Positions 26,299 through 35,330 of a DNA stretch of 64,000 nucleotides are shown piece by piece. Source of the stretch: Myxococcota bacterium (lineage in GTDB: Bacteria > Myxococcota_A > UBA9160 > UBA4427). The stretch covers positions 174,806 to 238,805 of the forward strand of contig JAXLZA010000011.1 in assembly GCA_046351135.1 (NCBI GenBank). Reading direction: 5' to 3'. The notes under the pieces are model-generated. The model had not been told where the DNA came from, made no database searches, and was given only the letters and a program-made list of their open reading frames with translations. Every line of letters starts with the position of its first letter. The first letter of the stretch is position 1. The position numbers and the translations under genes were made by a program.

Positions 26299-27231
26299 CT
26301 AACGGATCCCGCCGTTCGCCGGGGCCAGCGCCTCGATCGCTTCCCAGTGGAAGCCGGCATTCTGTCCGTTCGGGTTCACGAACTGGATGCAGACCTGCGA
26401 CGCGCCCGCGTCGAGATGCGCCTTCACGAAGCGCTCGATCTGGGCGGCCGTGCCCCAGCCGACGAGGCCGTCGATCAGGCGGTCGGAGCCGCCGTTCGCG
26501 AAGTCGGCGTCGGTGAAGCCGTACTTGCGCCAGGTCTTGCGGTAGTTCTCGAGGGCGATGTTGACGGCACCGGCGGCGCGCGCGGCATCGCGGGCCTTCC
26601 GCGGATCGGTCTCGAGCACGACCTTGACCTCGGGACAGAGCCACACGTCGGGGCCGAGGATCGCCCGGGCGTCGCGCGTGTGCTCGGCGGGCATGAAGTA
26701 GGGATGCGCGCCCTGGGCCCGCTCGCGGGAGAGGGCCAGCATCTTCGGCCCGAGGGCCGCGAGGACCCGCGGCGGACCCGTCTGCACGATCGGCGCGGCG
26801 GCGGCCTTCGGGTCCTTCGGCGTGCCCATCAGCGCGCCGAAGTCGGGACCGCGATCCATCGCGTCGAGGTACTGGCGCATGCTCGTGACCGGCGGGCCGT
26901 AGACGAGCCCGTGCATGCCCTCGACGATCGGCGGATGCGAGACGCCGAGGCCGAGCAGGAAGCGCCCGCCCGAGAGCTCGTCGAGGCTGCGCTGCCCCGC
27001 CGCCATCACGGCCGGGATCCGCTCGAAGGTCGGGATGATGCCCGTCGCGAGGATCAGCTTCGTCGTGTTCGCGAGCAGCGTCCCCGCGATCACGAACAGA
27101 TCGCGTCGCATCGCCATCGGATGCCAGAGCGCCGAGTAGCCGAGCGCCTCGAGCCGCTGCGCCGTCTCGATCGCGGGCCCGAGCTCCTGCCCCTCCACCG
27201 ACGCCCAGATCCCGATCCTGCCGAGCTGCAT
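26299..27231 (-). CDS. LLM-class (luciferase-like, F420/flavin-dependent) oxidoreductase
   Basis: ATG 27231 with GGAGG upstream, inside the very long ORF 26299..29442. MQLGRIGIWAS, GGRFLLGLGVSHPP, GPKMLALS, GGSDRLIDGLVGWG. Paralogue of 33209..34111. Confidence 0.88.
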   Translation of the reverse strand: MQLGRIGIWASVEGQELGPAIETAQRLEALGYSALWHPMAMRRDLFVIAGTLLANTTKLILATGIIPTFERIPAVMAAGQRSLDELSGGRFLLGLGVSHPPIVEGMHGLVYGPPVTSMRQYLDAMDRGPDFGALMGTPKDPKAAAAPIVQTGPPRVLAALGPKMLALSRERAQGAHPYFMPAEHTRDARAILGPDVWLCPEVKVVLETDPRKARDAARAAGAVNIALENYRKTWRKYGFTDADFANGGSDRLIDGLVGWGTAAQIERFVKAHLDAGASQVCIQFVNPNGQNAGFHWEAIEALAPANGGIR

Positions 27232-27363
27232 GCCGTCCTCCTCGCCTCGCGTCCCACCGTCGCGCCGGCCCGATCTATAGCTCGCCCGACGTTCCGGCGA
27301 ACGCCCTCCTCGGCCGCGCGAGCCCGTCTTGCGCGCGCTCGCGTTTCGATAGACTCGGAGCCC

Positions 27364-29502
27364 ATGCCCTTCTCCATCTCGATCGATACGGGCGGGACCT
27401 TCACCGACCTCGTGCTCGCCGACGGCGACGCGATCCGCGGTCTCCACAAGGCGCTGACGACGCCGGGCGATCCCTTCGGCGGGATCGAGGGCGCCCTCGA
27501 AGAGGCGGCCCGCGTCGAGGGCACGAGCGTCGGCGACCTGCTCGGCCGCTGCGAGACGATCGTCTACGCGACGACCCACGCGACGAACGCGATCCTCGAG
27601 GGCAGGACGGCGCGCACCGCCTTCGTCACGACCGAGGGCCACCGCGACCTCCTCCTCTACCGCGAGGGCGGCAAGCAGGACCCCTTCAACCTCGCGCGCC
27701 CCTATCCCGATCCACTCGTGCCGCGCTCGCTCTGCTTCGAGCTGCCCGAGCGCGTGCTTCACGACGGCCGCATCGCGCGGCCCCTCGACGAGGACGCGGT
27801 CCTCGCCGTGATCGAGCGGCTGCGCGCCCTCGAGGTCGAGGCGGTCGGCGTCTGCCTGCTCTGGTCGATCGCGAATCCGGCCCACGAGCGACGGGTCGGC
27901 GAGCTGCTCGCGGCCCATCTGCCCGACGTGCCCTTCACGCTCTCCCACGCCGTCAATCCGAAGATCCGGGAGTACCGGCGCGCGTCGTCGGCGGTCCTCG
28001 ACGCGTCGCTCAAGCCCCTGATGCGGGCCCACCTGCGGACGATCGACGCGCGCCTGCGGGCCCTCGGGTTCCGCGGCGAGCCGCTGATGGTGACGCACCT
28101 CTCGGGCGGCGTGCTCGGCCTCGGGGAGATGTGCGACGCCCCGATCCACTGCGTCGACTCGGGGCCCGCCCTCGCCCCCGTCGCCGGGCTCGTCTACGCC
28201 GGCGCCGAGAACGACTTCGCGGGGAACACGGGGAAGCTCGACGTCCTCGTCGTCGACGCCGGGGGAACCTCGGTCGACATCAGCCCGACCCGCGACGGCC
28301 GCGTCGTCTACAGCCGCGAGAAGTGGCTCGGACCGCGCTGGATCGGCCACATGACGGGGCTGCCCGCCGTCGAGACGCGCTCGATCGGCGCCGGCGGCGG
28401 CTCGATCGCGAGCGTCGACGCGGACGGGCTGCTGACGGTGGGGCCGCGCAGCGCGGGCGCGAATCCCGGACCGGCCTGCTATGCGCGGGGCGGCCGCTTC
28501 GCGACCGTCACCGACGCCGCCCTCGTCCTCGGCCAGATCGATCCCGACTACTTCCTCGGCGGGCGCATGCGGCTCGAGCCCGAGCGCGCCCGGGCGGCCC
28601 TCGCCGAGCACGTCGCCGGCCCCCTCGGCCTCCCGGTCGAGGACGCCGCGGGCGCCGTGCTCACGGTCTTCTCGGAGAACATCCGCAGCTTCTTCTCGGA
28701 GATGACGATCGTGCAGGGCCTCGACCCGCGCGAGTGCCTGATCGTCGCCGGCGGCGGGGCGGCGGGGATCAACATCGTCGCCGTCGCCCGCGAGCTCGGC
28801 GTCGCCCGTGTGGTCATCCCGACCTTCGCCGCCGGGATGAGCGCCGTCGGCGGCCAGTTCGCCGATCTCTTCACCTCGGCGGCCGCGAGCCTCCAGACGA
28901 CCTCGACCGCTCCAGATCGGGCTGCCATCGCCCGCGCCCTCGACCGCATCGACGCCGAGGCCCGCGGCTTCTTCGAGCGGGTCGCGTCCGCAGGCGAGCG
29001 CCGCCGCGAGCTCGTGTGCGAAGCACGTTATGCCAATCAGCTCTGGGAGCTCGACGTCACGCTCCCCGCCGACTGGCGCGGCCAGGACGAAGACGACTGG
29101 CGCGAGCTCGCCCTGCGCTTCGACCGGCTCCACCGCTCGCTCTTCTCCGTCGCCGAGCCCGGTGCCCCGCTCGAGCTCCTCGGCCTGCGCGGCGAAGCCC
29201 GGGTCGCCCGCCCCCGCCCGCGGCTTGCGGTCCGCGGCGCGTCCTCGCGGGACGGGATCCCCCCCGCGCGCCACCGCGCGGTCCGCTTCGCCGGGGAGGC
29301 GACGGCGCGCGAGCGCGTCCCGGTCTACCGCGGCGGCTCGCTCCCGACCGGGACCCGGATCGAGGGGCCCGCGATCCTCGAGGAGGAGACGACCACGATC
29401 GTCCTCGATCCCGGCGCCGTCGCGACCGCGGCGCCCGCCCACTACTCGATCGAGATCGCGCCAGCCGCCCGTGCCGGCGCCCGAGCCGGAGCCGACGCAT
29501 GA
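27364..29502 (+). CDS. hyuA: Hydantoinase A / oxoprolinase-family ATP-dependent hydrolase, A subunit
   Basis: ATG 27364 inside ORF 26347..29502. N-terminus SISIDTGGTFTDLVL. 713 aa. Stop overlaps the B-subunit start (ATGA 29499-29502). Confidence 0.9.
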   Translation: MPFSISIDTGGTFTDLVLADGDAIRGLHKALTTPGDPFGGIEGALEEAARVEGTSVGDLLGRCETIVYATTHATNAILEGRTARTAFVTTEGHRDLLLYREGGKQDPFNLARPYPDPLVPRSLCFELPERVLHDGRIARPLDEDAVLAVIERLRALEVEAVGVCLLWSIANPAHERRVGELLAAHLPDVPFTLSHAVNPKIREYRRASSAVLDASLKPLMRAHLRTIDARLRALGFRGEPLMVTHLSGGVLGLGEMCDAPIHCVDSGPALAPVAGLVYAGAENDFAGNTGKLDVLVVDAGGTSVDISPTRDGRVVYSREKWLGPRWIGHMTGLPAVETRSIGAGGGSIASVDADGLLTVGPRSAGANPGPACYARGGRFATVTDAALVLGQIDPDYFLGGRMRLEPERARAALAEHVAGPLGLPVEDAAGAVLTVFSENIRSFFSEMTIVQGLDPRECLIVAGGGAAGINIVAVARELGVARVVIPTFAAGMSAVGGQFADLFTSAAASLQTTSTAPDRAAIARALDRIDAEARGFFERVASAGERRRELVCEARYANQLWELDVTLPADWRGQDEDDWRELALRFDRLHRSLFSVAEPGAPLELLGLRGEARVARPRPRLAVRGASSRDGIPPARHRAVRFAGEATARERVPVYRGGSLPTGTRIEGPAILEEETTTIVLDPGAVATAAPAHYSIEIAPAARAGARAGADA

Positions 29503-31346
29503 GCGGAGCGAGCCCTTCGACCCCGACGACGACCGCGAGCGGCGCCCCCGGCGCGACCAGCGCCGTCGACCTCGCCGTCTTCTCGAACCGCCTCGACGGC
29601 ATCGTGCGCGAGATGGAGAACACGCTGCTGCGGACGGCGCGCTCCTCCGTGATCGGCCTCGCCCGGGACTTCTCCTGCTCGATCGTGACCGCCGACGACG
29701 AGCTGCTCGCGAGCGCCGAGGGCCTCCCGGTCCACGTCTACGGCTCGGGCCTGCTCTCCGCCTCGCTGCGCCGCCACCATCCCCATCCCCGGCCCGGCGA
29801 CGCCTATCTCCACAACGATCCCTACGACGGCAACACCCACGCCGGCGACCACTCGCTGCTCGTCCCCGTCTTCGTCGACGGCGAGCACCGCTTCACCGCC
29901 ATCGCGAAGGCCCACCAGGCCGACATCGGCAACGCGCTGCCCACGACCTACATGCCGACGGCGAGCGACGTCTACGCCGAGGGCGCCCTCATCTTCCCGT
30001 GCGTCCAGATCCAGCGCGAATACGAGGACGTCGACGACATCGTCCGGATGTGCCGCCGGCGGATCCGCGTCCCGGAGGTCTGGTACGGCGACTACCTCGC
30101 GATGGTCGCGGCCGGGCGGATCGCCGAGCGACGCCTCGTCGAGCTCTGCCAGCGCTTCGGCGGCGAGCGCGTCCGCCGCTTCGTCGGCGACTGGTTCGAC
30201 TACACCGAGCGCCGCGCCCGCCGCGCGATCCGCGACCTGCCCGCCGGCACGACCCGCGTCGCGACGCGCCTCGATCCCTACCCCGGCCTCGAGGCCGGCC
30301 TCGCGCTGACGGCGACGATCGAGGTCGATCACGCGGCGGGGCGCATCCGCGCGGACCTGCGCGACAACCCGGACTGCGTGCCCATCGGCCTCAACCTGAC
30401 GGAGGCGACGAGCAAGAACGCCGTCGTCGCGGCGATGCTGATGGTGATGAACTCGCGGCCGGACGAGGCGCGGGCGCGGGTGCCGCTCAACGGCGGGAGC
30501 TTCCGCTGCTTCGAGGTGCTCGTCCGCGAGAATTGCGTCGCCGGCATCCCGCGCCATCCGGCGTCGTGCTCGCTCGCGACCGGCGAGGTCGGCGTCCGGC
30601 TCTGGGCCGCGATCACCGCCGCCTTCGCCGACGCGAGCGCGGGTCTCGGCTCCGCCGAGGCGGGCTTCGGGGCGCCGCCCTATCTCGCGGTCGTCTCGGG
30701 GGAGGATCCCGAGCGCGGGCCCTACGTGACCCAGCTCCTGCTCGGCACGACGGGCGGGCCCGCGACGGCGGAGTGCGACGGCTGGCTCTCGTTCCTCGGC
30801 ATGCCGGCCGCCGGGCTCCTCTACCGCGACTCGGTCGAGGTCGACGAGCAGAAGTATCCGATGATCGTCTACCGCTCGGCGCTGCGTCCCGACTCCGAGG
30901 GCGCCGGTCGTCGCCGCGGCGCGCCCGGCAACGTCTGCGAGTACGGCCCGCGCGCGGGGGCGATGCAGGTCTTCTGGTCCCTCGAAGGCATCGAGAATCC
31001 GCCCCGCGGCGTGCGCGGCGGGCAGACGCCGACCGTCGGCTCCGCCTATCGCGTCACCGGCGCCGGCGACGTCCGGGAGCACCCCGACGCGGTCGGTGCC
31101 GTCGTCCTCGCCCCCGGCGAGCGGGTCGGCTCGCGCTCGCCCGGCGGCGGCGGCTACGGCGATCCCTTCGCGCGGGAGCCCGAGCGCGTACTGTGGGACG
31201 TGCGCGAGGGCTACGTCGGGATCGAGCGGGCGGCCACCGTCTACGGCGTCGTCCTCTCGGGCGACCCCGCGCGGATCGAGACCCTCGCGATCGACGCCGA
31301 GGCGACCCGCGCCCGGCGCGGCGCCCGCGCTACGACCGGGGCTTGA
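29499..31346 (+). CDS. hyuB: Hydantoinase B / oxoprolinase-family, B subunit
   Basis: ATG 29499. VFSNRLDGIVREMENTLLRTARSSVIGLARDFSCSI, HNDPYDGNTHAGDHSLLVPVF. 615 aa. Confidence 0.9.
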   Translation: MSGASPSTPTTTASGAPGATSAVDLAVFSNRLDGIVREMENTLLRTARSSVIGLARDFSCSIVTADDELLASAEGLPVHVYGSGLLSASLRRHHPHPRPGDAYLHNDPYDGNTHAGDHSLLVPVFVDGEHRFTAIAKAHQADIGNALPTTYMPTASDVYAEGALIFPCVQIQREYEDVDDIVRMCRRRIRVPEVWYGDYLAMVAAGRIAERRLVELCQRFGGERVRRFVGDWFDYTERRARRAIRDLPAGTTRVATRLDPYPGLEAGLALTATIEVDHAAGRIRADLRDNPDCVPIGLNLTEATSKNAVVAAMLMVMNSRPDEARARVPLNGGSFRCFEVLVRENCVAGIPRHPASCSLATGEVGVRLWAAITAAFADASAGLGSAEAGFGAPPYLAVVSGEDPERGPYVTQLLLGTTGGPATAECDGWLSFLGMPAAGLLYRDSVEVDEQKYPMIVYRSALRPDSEGAGRRRGAPGNVCEYGPRAGAMQVFWSLEGIENPPRGVRGGQTPTVGSAYRVTGAGDVREHPDAVGAVVLAPGERVGSRSPGGGGYGDPFAREPERVLWDVREGYVGIERAATVYGVVLSGDPARIETLAIDAEATRARRGARATTGA

Positions 31347-31851
31347 GCTCGGTCGGCAGCAGCTTCTCGTGCATCACGAGCTCGTCGTCGGGGTTCATCC
31401 AGCCGTCGATGTGGATGTGGGCCAGGCGCCGATGGGTGATGCGCCAGCCCTCGCTGCGGCGGATCCACTCGTCGTGGTAGACGGTGTGGTGGCGCATCGG
31501 CGTCAGCTCGCCGTCCTTCCTCTCCTGGAAGTGGATCAGGTGGCCGTAGGTCCGGGAGCGGGCGCGGTCGCCGTCGAGCTCGATCATCGGGTTCGACATG
31601 TTGTGCTGCGAGACCCGGAAGCGCGCGAGGCCGGCGGGCAGCCAGCCGCGCATCTCGGACCAGGGCTTCTTCGTCCCGAGCGGCACGTCGTAGTGGATGA
31701 TCGTCTCGGGCAGGAAGAGCTGATCGAGCTGCTCGAAGAGGCGGTGGTCCACGCACCAGCCGTAGAAGTAGATCTTCTGCTGGATCTCCATCATGTCGCA
31801 GACCTGCGCGGGCGTGAGGGGACCGGTCATGCGGGGAATCGCGTCGCTCAT
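31330..31851 (-). CDS. SnoaL/NTF2-like family protein
   Basis: 173-aa ORF with AAAGGA upstream. IQQKIYFYGWCVDHRLFEQLDQLF.., TYGHLIHFQERKDGELTPMRHHTVYHDEWIRRSEGWRITHRRL. Its 3' end overlaps the hyuB 3' end by 17 nt. Confidence 0.72.
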   Translation of the reverse strand: MSDAIPRMTGPLTPAQVCDMMEIQQKIYFYGWCVDHRLFEQLDQLFLPETIIHYDVPLGTKKPWSEMRGWLPAGLARFRVSQHNMSNPMIELDGDRARSRTYGHLIHFQERKDGELTPMRHHTVYHDEWIRRSEGWRITHRRLAHIHIDGWMNPDDELVMHEKLLPTELKPRS

Positions 31852-32173
31852 CGTCGTTCGTCCTTTCTTCGTCGGGGCTTTCGTCGGGACATCGTCGCAG
31901 CATCGTCCGGCTCGCGTCGTGGCCTCCTGCGAGCCGGACGCGCGCCTTCGTCGTGATTCGAGCCGATCGGGCCCGCGTGCCGAGGCTCGTCGATCTTCGA
32001 TCCCTCCGATGTTGTCACGCCGCGGTCGTGCGCGAAACGGGGCATGGCACGAAGGTGCTGCCCTCGCCTCGGCGGGTGTGCCAGACTGACGGCCCCTGCC
32101 GAGCCCCCCTCCCGACCGTCGCGATCAACGCGATCGTCGCGACCGGCTGGCTCGCTCCGGAGAGGCGTCTTTC

Positions 32174-33190
32174 ATGTCCCTCGAGTTCGGTGTCGTCGTT
32201 CCGACCTGGGGCGCCTTCGGTGAGGCGCGGAAGATCCGCCGCCTGATCCAGCGCGCCGAGGAGCTCGGCTATGCGAGCGTCTGGGTCGGTGATCATCTGC
32301 TGCTCCCCGACTACGCGGTCCATCTCTCCCCCGCGAACTGGTACGAGGCGATGGCCTGCTGCCTGGTCGGCCTCGGCTGGACGACGCGCCTGCGCTTCGG
32401 CACCGACGTCCTCGTCGCGCCCTACCGCGACCCGCGCCTGCTCGCGAAGATGGCGGCGACCGCGGACCAGCTCTCCGGCGGACGGCTCACCCTCGGCCTC
32501 GGCGTCGGCTTCCTCGAGGGCGAGCTGCGCGCGCTCGGCACGGACCCGGCGCAGCGGGGCGCCATCACGGACGAGGTGCTCGCCGTGATGCGACGGCTCT
32601 TCGAGAGCGAAGGCGCCGTCGGCTACGAGGGCCGCCACGTGCGCTTCGATCCGGTCCACTTCGCCCCGAAGCCGGTGCAGCGACCGCTGCCGCTCTGGGT
32701 CGGCGGCAATGGACGGCGCGGGCAGCGCCGGGCGGCGCTCCTCGGCGACGGCTGGCATCCGCTCTTCCCGAGCGCGGAGCAGTATGCGGAGGGCCGCGCC
32801 TTCATCCTGAATCTGCGCGAAGAGCACGGCCTGCGCGGCCCCTTCCGCTTCTCGTACTCGTGTCCCGAGACCCGCATCCTCGACGACGCGGCGCCGGTTC
32901 CGGACGGGACGGGCTACGCCGGACTCGACAGCCTGCCCCCGGACTACGCCTACGCGCCGCCGCCGCCGGTCGACGCGCAGGGTCGCCCGCTCTTCATCGG
33001 GACGGCCGAGCAGGTGAAGGGCGATCTGCGCGCCATCGAGGCGGCGGGCGTCGACCACGTCGTCCTGCGCTTCTGGGCCGGGGATCCCGCCGCCGGCATC
33101 GAGGACTCCCTCGACCAGATGGAGCGCTTCGCGGCGCGCGTCCGCCCGGCCTTCGACGCCGGCCGGCGCGAGCCGCTGCAGTCCTGCTAG
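32174..33190 (+). CDS. LLM-class F420/flavin-dependent oxidoreductase
   Basis: 338 aa. GYASVWVGDHLL, GGRLTLGLGVGFLEGE, PKPVQRPLPLWVGGNG. Confidence 0.88.
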   Translation: MSLEFGVVVPTWGAFGEARKIRRLIQRAEELGYASVWVGDHLLLPDYAVHLSPANWYEAMACCLVGLGWTTRLRFGTDVLVAPYRDPRLLAKMAATADQLSGGRLTLGLGVGFLEGELRALGTDPAQRGAITDEVLAVMRRLFESEGAVGYEGRHVRFDPVHFAPKPVQRPLPLWVGGNGRRGQRRAALLGDGWHPLFPSAEQYAEGRAFILNLREEHGLRGPFRFSYSCPETRILDDAAPVPDGTGYAGLDSLPPDYAYAPPPPVDAQGRPLFIGTAEQVKGDLRAIEAAGVDHVVLRFWAGDPAAGIEDSLDQMERFAARVRPAFDAGRREPLQSC

Positions 33191-33208
33191 GCGCGGGCCG
33201 GGCGTCCG

Positions 33209-34111
33209 CTAGGCGCCCGGATGCGCCCCGGTCCCGAGCAGCTCGGGCGCGAGCAGCTCGAGCGCCACGAGATCCGGGCGCGACGGATGCGCGGGGTCGA
33301 GGGCCTGGATGCAGACGTGGGTGGCGCCCGCTTCGAGATGGGCGCGCACGCCGCGCGCCATCGCCGCGACGTCGCCCCAGGCGACCAGCGCGTCGACCAG
33401 CCGATCGCTCCCGCCGCCCTCGAAGTCGCTCTCGGCGAAGCCCGCGCGCATCAGGTTCTTGCGGTAGTTCGGCAGCGAGAGGCTCCCGGCGATCGCCGCG
33501 CGCCCCCGCGTCCGCGCGCGGTCCGGATCGGTCTCCCGCAGGCATTTGTGCTCAGGGCAGATCCAGGCGCGGGGGCCCGCGAGGGTGCGCGAGCGCGCCG
33601 TGTTCGAGGGCGGTGCACAGTAGGGATGGACGCCGAGCGTCCGCTGCCCCGCCAGGGCCAGCATCTTCGGGCCGAGGGCCGCGAGCACGATCGGCGGCGT
33701 CCCGTCGAGGGCCGGCCCGCTCCAGGGCGCCGCCGCCATCGCGTCGAGATAGGCGTTCATCGTCGCGAGCGGCGGCGGATAGGCGCGCCCGAGGATGCGC
33801 GTCATCGCGGGCTCGTGGGAGACGCCGAGGCCCAGCAGGAAGCGGCCGCCCGACTGCTCGTGCAGCGTCCGCGCGGCCCCCATCGTCGCGATCGGATCGC
33901 GCAGGTGGACGTTGGCGATGCCCGTCGCGACGACGAGGCGCGTCGTCCGCGCGAGCAGCCAGCCCGCGTGCACGAGCGGATCGCGGCCGAAGGCGTCGGG
34001 GATCCACAGCGCGCCATAGCCCAGCGCCTCGATCGCGTGGGCGAAGTGGCCCGCCTCGTCGAGGGAGAGTCCGTCCGTGCGCCCCCACACGCCGATCCGT
34101 CCGATGTCCAT
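33209..34111 (-). CDS. LLM-class oxidoreductase (paralogue of 26299..27231)
   Basis: ATG 34111 lies 2 nt after the upstream lipoprotein stop (TAGTCATG). MDIGRIGVWGR, GGRFLLGLGVSHEP, GPKMLALAG, GGSDRLVDALVAWG. Confidence 0.88.
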   Translation of the reverse strand: MDIGRIGVWGRTDGLSLDEAGHFAHAIEALGYGALWIPDAFGRDPLVHAGWLLARTTRLVVATGIANVHLRDPIATMGAARTLHEQSGGRFLLGLGVSHEPAMTRILGRAYPPPLATMNAYLDAMAAAPWSGPALDGTPPIVLAALGPKMLALAGQRTLGVHPYCAPPSNTARSRTLAGPRAWICPEHKCLRETDPDRARTRGRAAIAGSLSLPNYRKNLMRAGFAESDFEGGGSDRLVDALVAWGDVAAMARGVRAHLEAGATHVCIQALDPAHPSRPDLVALELLAPELLGTGAHPGA

Positions 34112-34113
34112 GA

Positions 34114-35304
34114 CTACTCCCCTGCTCGCTCGGCCGCGGCGAGCTGCGGCCGGATCACGAAGGCCGGCTTCGCCTCGAAATGCAGCGCCGTCGAGATCGA
34201 CGTGCACCGACCGGTCGTCGGGTCCGGATGACCGTCGGCGACGCGCGGAATCGCGTGGTAGAGCCCCGCGCACATGAAGCCCCGGTTGAAGGCGGCGTTG
34301 CGGCCCTGGGGCGTCCCCCCGATCGTGTGATCGTTCATCATCGACCAGAAGTTCGCGGCGTCCCAGTAGGCACCGAGGATCCCGACGATCCGCCCCTCCC
34401 CGTCGACCTCGGCGCGGATCCGCGCGTCCCGGAGAAAGACCGCGTTGTCCTGGGTCTGCTGCTTGATCTTGAGCCTCAGATCGACGGGATCGGTCGTGAG
34501 GATTCCGTCCTCGATCCGGCCGCGGGCCCACGCGCTGTGATAGGTCGGATCGGCGTGGGCCGTGAAGCTGACCTGCTCCATCGGCTCGCCGACCGCATCG
34601 AGGGTCACCGGCGCGGCGGCCGAGAGGAGCTGGACCTCGACCGCGTCGTCGTTGCGCGGATCGTCCATTCCGGAGATCTCCATCAGGATCGCGTAGCCGC
34701 CTTCCTTGATCATCGTGTTCGCCTGGTGGAGCCGATCCATCAGGTCGTTCGGCCGATAGCCACGCACGCAGCCCATCAGGCGCCAGGCCTGGTTGTCGAT
34801 CCCCGCCTCGCCGGTCGGGCTCGTGAAGTCGTCGTGGGCGCAAGCATTCGCGCCCGCACCGTCCGCTCCGCCCGCGCCCGCCCGCGTCGACGCGATCCCG
34901 TCGAGATCGAGGCCCGCCACCTTCGCGGGCCCGTCGAGGGTGATGTAGCCGGGATCGGGCTGAGAGAGCGGGTCCTGGCACGCATCGGGCGGCAGCAGCG
35001 GATGGTCCCAGCGGATGAAGCGCCCCTCGGCCTCGCGCACGCGCTGGCGCTCGGCCATGAAGGCCTTCCACTGCTCGGGGAAGTATTCGACCTCGGTGAT
35101 GTTGAGGCCGTCGGGGCACTCCCCAGGATCTTCCTTGGGAATCTCGTCGTACCAGCGAGCCATGACGTAGCCGCGGACGGCGGGCGCCTCGGCCGACCGT
35201 GCCGCGGCATCGGGTGCCGCGTCCCTTTGGCAGCCGAGCAGGACGCAGAGCACGAGCGGGACGAACCGGGCGCGCATGAAGATCCCCGCTTGCGTCGATG
35301 CCAT
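34114..35304 (-). CDS. Hypothetical lipoprotein, six Cys in the mature part, no recognised domain
   Basis: ATG 35304 with GGAGGG and a 6-nt spacer (alternative ATG 35277). Signal plus lipobox MRARFVPLVLCVLLGC. Non-biased composition with G/C-rich third codon positions. Confidence 0.7.
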   Translation of the reverse strand: MASTQAGIFMRARFVPLVLCVLLGCQRDAAPDAAARSAEAPAVRGYVMARWYDEIPKEDPGECPDGLNITEVEYFPEQWKAFMAERQRVREAEGRFIRWDHPLLPPDACQDPLSQPDPGYITLDGPAKVAGLDLDGIASTRAGAGGADGAGANACAHDDFTSPTGEAGIDNQAWRLMGCVRGYRPNDLMDRLHQANTMIKEGGYAILMEISGMDDPRNDDAVEVQLLSAAAPVTLDAVGEPMEQVSFTAHADPTYHSAWARGRIEDGILTTDPVDLRLKIKQQTQDNAVFLRDARIRAEVDGEGRIVGILGAYWDAANFWSMMNDHTIGGTPQGRNAAFNRGFMCAGLYHAIPRVADGHPDPTTGRCTSISTALHFEAKPAFVIRPQLAAAERAGE

Positions 35305-35330
35305 GCCATTCCCTCCGAGCCGCGCCGCGC

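Noticed and set aside
26299-29442. Very long ORFs that fuse a real gene to an antisense extension (26299-29442, 35331-38579, 38311-41202, 41230-43947, 49783-53022, 60296-63121, 45425-47263, 47046-49373)
   Set aside because: In each case only the stop-proximal (3') segment of the ORF has protein-like composition, an SD and family motifs. The remainder is Arg/Gly/Pro-rich text antisense to a well-supported gene. I trimmed these ORFs to internal starts or discarded them.
32045-32059. Sigma-54-like element TGGCAC-GAAGG-TGCT about 115 nt upstream of the LLM gene at 32174
   Set aside because: The -24 hexamer is perfect, but the GC of the -12 element sits one position too close (9 rather than 10 nt between GG and GC). 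Sigma-54 spacing is strict, and no enhancer-binding protein gene is nearby.
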